DNA of 34,155 nt, taken from NCBI GenBank assembly GCA_013695255.1, contig JACDAV010000258.1:1-34155 (forward strand). Reading direction: 5' to 3'. Below the pieces are notes generated by a model. It saw nothing but the letters and a program-made list of their open reading frames with translations, did not search any database and had not been told where the DNA came from. Shown one piece after another: positions 7,847 through 15,049 of this stretch. Within the stretch, counting starts at the first letter, position 1. Every line of letters starts with the position of its first letter. The translations under genes were made by a program, and so were the position numbers. Source of the DNA: Chloroflexota bacterium (lineage in GTDB: Bacteria > Chloroflexota > Limnocylindria > Limnocylindrales > CSP1-4).

Positions 7847-8974
7847 CTAGGCCGACGGCGTCCGGCGGGCCGACTGCGTGTTGTCGTCGATCCAGTCCCA
7901 GTCGAGATCGACACCCAGGCCCGCGCCGGCGGGCAGGTGCTTGTAGCCCTCGGCATCGATCGCCAGCGGCTGGCCCTTGAGACCGCGGGTGTAGATCGGG
8001 TGGAACGTCTCCGCCCAGCGACCGTTGGTCATCGACAGCGAGACATGCAGATTGGCGATGTCGAGCAGGGGTTGGGCGACGCCGTGGACCTCGAGCTCGA
8101 AGCCGAGGAGGTCGGCCATCCCGACGGCCTTGCGCAGCCCGGTGATGCCCTCCTTCATGTGGACGTCGCCCCGGGCGATGTCGAAGGCGCCCAGCCGCAT
8201 CCCCTCGGCCAGCTCATGGACCCGTGAGGTCTCACCGGCCAGGATCGGCACGTCCAGCTGCTCGGTGAGCCGCTGGAGCTGGAACAGGTTGCGGTCCGGG
8301 ATGGGCTCCTCGAACCAGGTGTACCCGAGCTCGCCGAGAACCTTCCCGGCGGCCAGGGCCTGGGTGTAGCTGTACATCCCGGCCGCGTCCTGCATGAGCG
8401 GGAAGTCGTCGCCAACTGCCTCACGGGCCGCGCGGAAGCGCGGGATGTCGCGATCGAGGCCGTCCCAGAACTGGACCTTGAAGCCGTGGTAGCCCTGCGC
8501 CTGGCGCTCTTTCGCCTCCTCGTGGACGTCCTCGGGCGACGGCTCGATGGTGCGGGCGGTCGCATAGGCGCCGACCTTCGTGCGGGCGAGACCGAGCATC
8601 GTTGCGATCGGCAGGTTGGCGACCTTGCCCCGGATGTCCCAGATCGCGACGTCGATCGAACCCGCGACCCCGTCCGAAAGGTTGTAGGCGTGACGATTGA
8701 GCCGCCGCAGCTTGTGCCACAGGAGCTCGCTCTGGAGCGGGTCCTCGCCGATGAGCTGCGGGGCATACAGGTCGTGGAGGACGTGGATCATCGCGGCCCC
8801 GTCGCGCAGGTTCGCGTTCTGCATCGTGTAGCCCACGACGCCATCGTCCGTGTGAATGGTGTCGAACGAGTACTCGTACCACGAGGTCGAGATGCCCTCC
8901 GGCAGGATGCCCTCACCCCAGGCTTCGGCGACGTCGTAGCCGATGACGCGTGATTCGATCGCGGTGATCTTCAT
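7847..8974 (-). CDS. Enolase-superfamily enzyme, mandelate racemase-like, paralog 3
   Basis: Start MKITAIESR at 8974 forms an ATGA overlap with the upstream gene's stop. Motifs are AIWDIRGK, GFKVQFW, LMQDAAGMY, WFEEP, LAGE and LEVHG. Confidence 0.88.
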   Translation of the reverse strand: MKITAIESRVIGYDVAEAWGEGILPEGISTSWYEYSFDTIHTDDGVVGYTMQNANLRDGAAMIHVLHDLYAPQLIGEDPLQSELLWHKLRRLNRHAYNLSDGVAGSIDVAIWDIRGKVANLPIATMLGLARTKVGAYATARTIEPSPEDVHEEAKERQAQGYHGFKVQFWDGLDRDIPRFRAAREAVGDDFPLMQDAAGMYSYTQALAAGKVLGELGYTWFEEPIPDRNLFQLQRLTEQLDVPILAGETSRVHELAEGMRLGAFDIARGDVHMKEGITGLRKAVGMADLLGFELEVHGVAQPLLDIANLHVSLSMTNGRWAETFHPIYTRGLKGQPLAIDAEGYKHLPAGAGLGVDLDWDWIDDNTQSARRTPSA

Positions 8975-10026
8975 GGCAGCCTCTGCGCCCTGGGGGCCGC
9001 TCCCTCGACGAGGACCCGGCAACCGCTGGCCGCGGACCGCTGGACGGCCTCCAGGAACGCCATGTAGCCGAGGCCGGTCGCGAAGTCGGTCAGCGTGACC
9101 GAGCGTTCGCCGCGGATGGCGGCCACGAAGTCGATCTCGGCGGTCCAGTCCGCGCGGTCCTCGTCGCGGATGGCCACCGGTTCGGGGGTCCCGCCGCGAC
9201 CGGGCAGGCGGTCGATCCGGCGGGCCGCAAGGTCCACGACCAGGCTGGCGTCCGTGCCGTGGATGGCCACCCGATCGGCGGTGTGGGCGTTGGTGCGCGC
9301 CGACATCTCGATCACCGCAGTCACGTCGTCCGGGTACTCGGCGAGCGCCAGCACGTGATCGGGAACGTCTGCCTCGATCGGCCCGTCCGGACCGGGCCGC
9401 AGCGCGGCATCGAGTCGTGTGAGCGCGGACACCGCTTCCGGCTGGCCGAGCCAGCGCGCCATCGCCTCGGCCAGGATGCCGAGGGACATCACGTTCTCGC
9501 CACTCGTGGCCCGCCGCCAGCGCCAGAAGTCGGCGGGATCTGCCGGCCCGCTGGCGTCCCAGGTGACCTGGACGTGACGCACCCGCCCGATCGCGCCGGC
9601 GTGCACGAGGCGGGCGATCGTGGCATCCGCCCAGAGGGAGAACGAGGCCGGGACGACCATGGCCACGCGATCGGGGTGCGCCCGCGCGGCACGCACCATC
9701 GCCCGCGCCTCCTCGGCCGTGGCCGCCATGCGAGCCTCGGTGAGAACGTGCTTGCCGGCGTCGAGGGCGGCGATCGACACCGGCGCATGCAGGACGGGCC
9801 AGGCACCCACCAGCACGGCGTCGACGCCGGGATCGCCGACCAGGCCCCGCCAGTGCGGGAAGGCCCGCTCCAGCCCGAGCTCGTCGGCAGCCCGGCGCGA
9901 GGATTCCGGTGAGCGGTTGGCGACCCCGACGAGCTCGACCCCCTCGATCGCCCGGAAGCGCGGCACGTGCTCCGCGCGCACGATCCGCCCGGCCCCCACG
10001 ATGCCGATCCTGATCGGCTCTGTCAT
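8971..10026 (-). CDS. Gfo/Idh/MocA-family oxidoreductase, paralog 2 (atypical: EKP motif reads TEARM)
   Basis: Start MTEPIRIGIVGAGRIV at 10026, preceded on the coding strand by GAGGAGGG. The Rossmann motif is present. The position of the usual EKP Lys reads HVLTEARMA. Confidence 0.85.
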   Translation of the reverse strand: MTEPIRIGIVGAGRIVRAEHVPRFRAIEGVELVGVANRSPESSRRAADELGLERAFPHWRGLVGDPGVDAVLVGAWPVLHAPVSIAALDAGKHVLTEARMAATAEEARAMVRAARAHPDRVAMVVPASFSLWADATIARLVHAGAIGRVRHVQVTWDASGPADPADFWRWRRATSGENVMSLGILAEAMARWLGQPEAVSALTRLDAALRPGPDGPIEADVPDHVLALAEYPDDVTAVIEMSARTNAHTADRVAIHGTDASLVVDLAARRIDRLPGRGGTPEPVAIRDEDRADWTAEIDFVAAIRGERSVTLTDFATGLGYMAFLEAVQRSAASGCRVLVEGAAPRAQRLP

Positions 10027-10033
10027 GGCTGAC

Positions 10034-10873
10034 TCACCCTCCTCGATTGCTGGCCGCATCGTCCCAGCCGAGGCGGCGGGACAGGTCGTCGGCGGCGGCG
10101 CGGACGATGGCGCCGGCGTTCGCCTCCTTGTCCTCGCTGGTGCGATTGTCCGGCCAGGTCGCGATCAGGTCGCCGATCACGCGGCCGCGCGCGTCGCGGA
10201 TCGGCGCGGCGACTCCCACGGCTCCCTCGAACCGTTCCCCGTGGCTGACCACGTAGCCGCGTCGCCTCGCGGCCCGGAGCTCGCTCCGCAGGCGCGCCTT
10301 GGACCGCGGCGAACGGCCGGGGACCGGATCGGGGAGCCGGTCCAGGATGGCGGCCTGCTCGGCGGGGGGGAGGAAGGCGAGGATGCCCTTGCCGGATGAG
10401 CCCAGGTGCAGGTCGCTCCATTCGCGCAGCGACTCCCACAGGTAACGGATGGGGTGGCTGGTCTCCACGGCATCGACGGCGGAGAACTTGCGGCGGACCG
10501 GATCGTACAGCGCCAGGACGACCGTTTCGCCGATCGCCGCGGACGCGTGCTCGAGGATCGGCCGGCCCACGCGCCGGACATCGAGGTGCTCCGCCACGAG
10601 CAGGCCGATCCGGGCGAGGTCCGCACCAACCCGGAAGCGACCCGGATCGTCGGCCGGCGCGAGCAGGCCCAGGGCGGCCATGTCGTGGAGGATTCGGTGC
10701 GCGGCGCTGCGCGGGATGCCGGTCGATCGCGTCAGCTCGCGGACGCCCCATTCGCCCTCCTCGGCGAACGCCTCGAGGACCCGCACCCAGCGCGCCATCG
10801 GCCGCCTGGGCGGGCCTGCCATCGCGGGCGCGGTGGCTGCGCTGCTGGCGATTGACCCGGCTGGGCTGCGCAT
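10034..10873 (-). CDS. IclR-family transcriptional regulator
   Basis: The winged HTH reads VRVLEAFAEEGEWGVRELTRSTGIPRSAAHRILHDM. The C-terminal effector domain reads GAVGVAAPIRDARGRVIGDLIATWP. I chose the start at ATG 10873 because a TATCGT -10-like box lies 9 nt upstream (near-leaderless). ATGs at 10822 or 10798 are possible. Confidence 0.85.
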   Translation of the reverse strand: MRSPAGSIASSAATAPAMAGPPRRPMARWVRVLEAFAEEGEWGVRELTRSTGIPRSAAHRILHDMAALGLLAPADDPGRFRVGADLARIGLLVAEHLDVRRVGRPILEHASAAIGETVVLALYDPVRRKFSAVDAVETSHPIRYLWESLREWSDLHLGSSGKGILAFLPPAEQAAILDRLPDPVPGRSPRSKARLRSELRAARRRGYVVSHGERFEGAVGVAAPIRDARGRVIGDLIATWPDNRTSEDKEANAGAIVRAAADDLSRRLGWDDAASNRGG

Positions 10874-10895
10874 GGCACAGTGACGATAGCAGAAG

Positions 10896-10932
10896 ATCGG
10901 GACTAGCGTCCCGATTACCCGGACGGTAATCG
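10896..10932. promoter_or_regulatory. Two overlapping inverted repeats in the IclR/E1 divergent spacer: ATCGGGAC-TAGC-GTCCCGAT (10896-10915) and CGATTACC-CGGAC-GGTAATCG (10912-10932)
   Basis: Both 8-bp arm pairs are perfect complements, read directly. They share the CGAT at 10912-10915. The first is centred on a TAGCGT -10-like hexamer (10904-10909), with GTGACG 18 nt upstream. Confidence 0.5.
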
Positions 10933-10968
10933 TCTCTCGCATGTCCACGATCGGAGGAGGCGGGTCTG

Positions 10969-13386
10969 GTGGCCGTCGCCGACGCTCAGCGCGCACCGCC
11001 GCCCGCCCGCCGTCCGGACGCCTCCACGCTGGACGCCGTGGCGCGACGGATCCTGTGGCTCGCGGTGCGGATGATCCACGAGGCCAACCACGTCCGGCCG
11101 AGCCCGGACGGCCTCAAGGTGGGCGGTCACCAGGCCTCCAGCGCATCGGTCGTCTCGATCCTGACGGCGCTCTATTTCCGTTGGCTCCGGGCCGGCGATC
11201 TCGTCGCCATCAAGCCGCACGCGTCGCCGGCGTACCACGCCGTCCAGTACCTGCTCGGCAACCTCGACGCCTCGATGCTGCCGCGCCTGCGCGAGTTCGG
11301 TGGGCTGCAGTCGTACCCGTCACGTACCAAGGACCCGGATCCGGTCGACTTCTCGACTGGGTCGATGGGCCTCGGTGCCGTGGCCCCGATGTTCGCGGCC
11401 CTCGCCGACCGCTACCTCCGGCTGCACTTCCACGACACGATCGCCGGCCAGCCGGAACGACGATTCGTCGCCCTCGTCGGCGACGGCGAGCTCGACGAGG
11501 GGAACGTCTGGGAGGCGATCCTCGAGGAGGGGCTGGGCGACCTCGGGAACGTGACGATGGTGGTGGACCTCAACCGCCAGAGCCTCGACCGGGTCGTGCC
11601 GGGCATCCGGATCCGGCGCGTGGAGGGCATGTTCGCGGCTGCCGGCTGGCATGCGCTCGAGGCGAAGTATGGCCGCCGACTGCAGGCACGGTTCGCGATG
11701 CCGGGCGGCGACGCGCTGCGCGAGCGGATCGACGACATGGAGAACGAGGAGTACCAGATTCTCATCCGCCGGCCGGGCGCCGAGGCAAGGACCAGGCTGC
11801 TCGAGGGCGCTGTGGCGGCTCGGCGCGATGACCTCGCCGGCAACGTCGAGGATGTGCCCGACGACGCGCTGCCCGGGCTTCTCGCCGACCTCGGCGGGCA
11901 CGACCAGGCGGAGCTGGAGCGGGTGCTCCGAGCCTCCGACGCGGAGCTCGCCCGGCCAACCGTGATCTTCGCCTACACGATCAAGGGCTGGCGGCTGCCA
12001 TTCGCCGGGGACAGCCTGAACCACTCCGCGCTCCTCGGCCTCGAGCAGGTCGAGGCGCTGGGCCTCGCCCTCGACGCGGACTCGGAGGATCCGTGGGCCG
12101 GCTTCCCATTGGCCTCGCCCGAGGGGCGGCTCGCCGCCCGCCGTCGACGCGATCTCGGCTACGGCACGGCCCGCCCGACGACCTCGCCGGCGACCGCGCC
12201 GGTCATCGCCGTGCCGGACATCCGGATCGCCGCGGCGAGCAGCACGCAGCAGGCGTTCGGCGACACGCTGGCGGCCCTGGCGCGCGACCCGGAGCTCGGC
12301 CGGCGAATCGTGACCGCCGCTCCCGACGTGGCCGTCTCCACCAACCTCGGCGGCTGGATCAACCGGGCCGGGGTCTTCTCGGCGCGTCGCAGCCCGGATC
12401 GCGACGATGTCAAGCGCCCGCTGGTGTGGGAACCCGGGCCGGCCGGGCGTCACATCGAGCTCGGGATCAGCGAGATGAACCTGTTTCTCTGGCTCAGCCA
12501 GTTCGGTCTGGCCGGAGAGCTGTTCGGCGAGCGGCTGGCGCCCATCGGGTCCGTCTACGACCCGTTCATCGCCCGCGGTCTCGATGCCCTGATCTACGCT
12601 CTCTACGTCCAATCGCGGTTCGTCCTCGTCGGCACCCCCTCCGGCGTGACGCTCGCCCCCGAGGGTGGCGCCCATCAGTCCACCGTCACGCCATCCCTCG
12701 GGATCGAGCTGCCGGGGCTGCGGGGCTACGAGCCGACCTTCGGCCGTGAGGTGGTGTGGTCCCTGCTCGAGGGCATCCGCGGCTGTCTCGCGCCGGAGGA
12801 CGGATTCGCCACCTACCTGCGACTTGCCACGCGCCCGATCGACCAGTCCCTCGCGGCGCCGGTGGAGGCGCGGCTCGGACTCGAAGGCTGGCGCGCCGCG
12901 GTGCTCGCGGGCGGCTACCGGCTCCTCGAGGCCGCGGACGCGCTCGAGCCGCTTCCGCCGGGGAGTCCGGTCGTCCAGGTCGTCGCGGCGGGATCCATCG
13001 TGCCCGAGGCAGTCGAGGCCGTCCGGAGGCTCCACCACGAGGAGATCGCGGCCAACCTGATCGTGGTCACCTCCGCGGAACGGCTGGCAGGGGAGCAGCA
13101 TGCCGGTCGGCTCGACGCGGTCCGCCATGGCGGCCGGAACGAGATCGGCCATCTCGCGACGATCATTCCTCCGGGCGAGCGACGAGCGCCCCTGGTGACC
13201 GTTGCCGACGCCGCGTCGCATGCGCTGTCATTCGTCGGCGGCGCGTTCGGAGCCCCGGTCGTGCCGCTAGGGGTCGACACCTTCGGTCAATCGGGCACGA
13301 TCCCGGACCTGTACCGCTACGCGGGCATCGATGCCGATCACATCGTCGAAGCAGCAATCCTGGCACTCGAGCTGGAGGCCCATTGA
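10969..13386 (+). CDS. Homodimeric-type (AceE-like) thiamine-diphosphate-dependent 2-oxoacid dehydrogenase E1 component, 805 aa, stand-alone
   Basis: GTG start with GGAGGAGG 8 nt upstream. Motifs are VGGHQASSAS and the ThDP fold VALVGDGELDEGNVWEA...VVDLNRQSLD. The C-terminus reads LGVDTFGQSGTIPDLYRYAGID. No E2 or E3 gene is in the window. Confidence 0.85.
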   Translation: MAVADAQRAPPPARRPDASTLDAVARRILWLAVRMIHEANHVRPSPDGLKVGGHQASSASVVSILTALYFRWLRAGDLVAIKPHASPAYHAVQYLLGNLDASMLPRLREFGGLQSYPSRTKDPDPVDFSTGSMGLGAVAPMFAALADRYLRLHFHDTIAGQPERRFVALVGDGELDEGNVWEAILEEGLGDLGNVTMVVDLNRQSLDRVVPGIRIRRVEGMFAAAGWHALEAKYGRRLQARFAMPGGDALRERIDDMENEEYQILIRRPGAEARTRLLEGAVAARRDDLAGNVEDVPDDALPGLLADLGGHDQAELERVLRASDAELARPTVIFAYTIKGWRLPFAGDSLNHSALLGLEQVEALGLALDADSEDPWAGFPLASPEGRLAARRRRDLGYGTARPTTSPATAPVIAVPDIRIAAASSTQQAFGDTLAALARDPELGRRIVTAAPDVAVSTNLGGWINRAGVFSARRSPDRDDVKRPLVWEPGPAGRHIELGISEMNLFLWLSQFGLAGELFGERLAPIGSVYDPFIARGLDALIYALYVQSRFVLVGTPSGVTLAPEGGAHQSTVTPSLGIELPGLRGYEPTFGREVVWSLLEGIRGCLAPEDGFATYLRLATRPIDQSLAAPVEARLGLEGWRAAVLAGGYRLLEAADALEPLPPGSPVVQVVAAGSIVPEAVEAVRRLHHEEIAANLIVVTSAERLAGEQHAGRLDAVRHGGRNEIGHLATIIPPGERRAPLVTVADAASHALSFVGGAFGAPVVPLGVDTFGQSGTIPDLYRYAGIDADHIVEAAILALELEAH

Positions 13387-13811
13387 TGTCCGACGCCGAC
13401 GCGGCTCCTGCCCTGTCCACGACACAGAGGGCGTTCCTGCGCGAGCGGCCCCACGCGATCGTGGCGACGATCATGCCCGACGGCCGGCCGCAGCTGACCC
13501 CGGCGTGGTACCTCTGGGACGGCGAGCGGTTCTGGGTCAGCACGCTCGACTGGACGGTCAAGGTCAAGAACGCCAGGCGCGACCCCCGCGTCACCCTGTG
13601 CATCGACGGGCCGGATCGGGAGAGCAATTACGTCCAGGTCTTCGGGACGGCCGAGGTCCAGGGCGGTGACGTGCGGGAGCGAACCCTCGATCTCATCCGG
13701 AAGTATGAGCCGGTCGAGGCGGACGCCATCGCCCACTGGGACAGGATCAAGGCCGACCGCGTGCTCCTGGTCGTGGCTCCGGACCACTTCCAGTGGCGGT
13801 ACGACGACTGA
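13386..13811 (+). CDS. PPOX-class (pyridoxamine 5'-phosphate oxidase-like split-barrel) probable F420/FMN-dependent protein, paralog 1
   Basis: The ATG at 13386 shares one base with the E1 stop (TGATG). The sequence reads AIVATIMPDGRPQLTPAWYLWDGERFWVSTLDWTVKVKNARRDPRVTLCID, typical of the Rv1155-like F420 split-barrel class. Confidence 0.85.
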   Translation: MSDADAAPALSTTQRAFLRERPHAIVATIMPDGRPQLTPAWYLWDGERFWVSTLDWTVKVKNARRDPRVTLCIDGPDRESNYVQVFGTAEVQGGDVRERTLDLIRKYEPVEADAIAHWDRIKADRVLLVVAPDHFQWRYDD

Positions 13812-14955
13812 CCTGCGGCGCGACCGCCGGCTGCGCCCGCGCGGAGGTGACCGCCGGCCCGAGCCCCACCTCGGCCAGCGCCGCCCGCGTGGCGGCGATG
13901 GTCGTGTCAATGTCGGCGCGCTCGATCCCGTAGTGGGGGATCGCCCGGATCCGGCCCTCCGGGTACTCGATCATCCGCACACCACGCGCTTCGAGCCGGG
14001 CGAGAAACGCCGCGCGGGTCCGGACCGCGCGCTCGCGACCCGCGCGATCGTCCGGCCAGCGGCCCTGGTCGCCGATCGCGAACAGCACGAAGTTGGTGCG
14101 CACCCGGGTCGGGTCGAGGCCGGTGACGCCGGGCATGGATGCCAGGGCGTCGGCGAGGTAGCGGGCGTTGGCGTGATCGTCGGCAAGGCGGTCGATCATG
14201 CCCAGCGGGCCGTCCCGGAGTGCCACCAGCCCGGCCGCGGCGATGATGCCGGCCTGGCGCATCCCGCCGCCGACCATCTTGCGGGCTCGGCGCGCCCGGG
14301 CGATGAACGCCGTGTCGCCGACGACGACCGACCCGACCGGGCAGGCGAGGCTCTTGGACAGGCAGAATGTCGCCGAGGCCCGGGCCGGCACGAGGTCCCG
14401 GGCCGGAACGCCGAGCGCGACCGCCGCGTTGAACAGGCGCGCGCCATCGATGAACAGCGGGATCCGCACGTCGCGCGCGAGCTCCGCGAGCGACTGCATG
14501 TACGCCGGCGCGAGCGGCTGGCCCATCGACAGGGCGTGCGTGTTCTCGATCGTGATCAGCGCGCTGATCGGCTGGTGCACGTCGCTCGGGTCGCGGACCG
14601 CGCCGCGGACGGCCACGAGATCGATCGTGCCATCGTCCGCCGCAGGGATCGCCCGCGCGCTCGCACCGACGACCACCGCATGCCCGGCGCCCTCGCTGCT
14701 GAACGTGTGGATCTCCGCCGGGCCGATGATCTCGCCACCGCGCGGGACATGGGCCAGCAGCCCCACGAGGTTGCCCATCGTGCCGCTGGCGACCAGGAGT
14801 CCGGCTTCCGCGCCGAGCAGCTCCGCCGACCGCTCCTCGAGCGCCCGAACGGTCGGATCCTCGCCCCAGACGTCGTCACCCACCTCTGCCTCGGCCATGG
14901 CGTGGCGCATGGCGGGGGAGGGCAGCGTCACCGTGTCCGAGCGAAGATCGATCAT
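13747..14955 (-). CDS. ltaE: Low-specificity L-threonine aldolase (PLP-dependent, fold type I)
   Basis: Start MIDLRSDTVTLP at 14955. Motifs are DDVWGEDPTV, ASGTMGN and FCLSKSLACPVGS (PLP lysine). A 40-aa Pro/Arg-rich C-terminal tail overlaps the 3' end of the convergent PPOX gene. Confidence 0.85.
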   Translation of the reverse strand: MIDLRSDTVTLPSPAMRHAMAEAEVGDDVWGEDPTVRALEERSAELLGAEAGLLVASGTMGNLVGLLAHVPRGGEIIGPAEIHTFSSEGAGHAVVVGASARAIPAADDGTIDLVAVRGAVRDPSDVHQPISALITIENTHALSMGQPLAPAYMQSLAELARDVRIPLFIDGARLFNAAVALGVPARDLVPARASATFCLSKSLACPVGSVVVGDTAFIARARRARKMVGGGMRQAGIIAAAGLVALRDGPLGMIDRLADDHANARYLADALASMPGVTGLDPTRVRTNFVLFAIGDQGRWPDDRAGRERAVRTRAAFLARLEARGVRMIEYPEGRIRAIPHYGIERADIDTTIAATRAALAEVGLGPAVTSARAQPAVAPQVSRRTATGSGPEPRPGARGRP

Positions 14956-15025
14956 CCCGGGCGGGGCAACCGGGCGGATGCGTCCATCGGCGAGTAGGGT
15001 AGCACTGCAACTCGGGGTTCCAGCT

Positions 15026-15044
15026 CCAGTGTGACTTACACTGG
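15026..15044. promoter_or_regulatory. Inverted repeat CCAGTGT-GACTT-ACACTGG containing a TACACT -10-like box (15036-15041) 8 nt before the MFS GTG start
   Basis: Perfect 7-bp arms read directly. The position of the -10 implies a leaderless or near-leaderless MFS mRNA. Confidence 0.35.
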
Positions 15045-15049
15045 CCCGC

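Noticed and set aside
10941-11831. ATG-initiated ORF (MSTIGGGGSGGRRRR...) as an alternative start or frame for the E1 gene
   Set aside because: It is in a different frame from the ThDP-motif-bearing translation. GGAGGAGG is correctly spaced for the GTG at 10969, not for the ATG at 10941.
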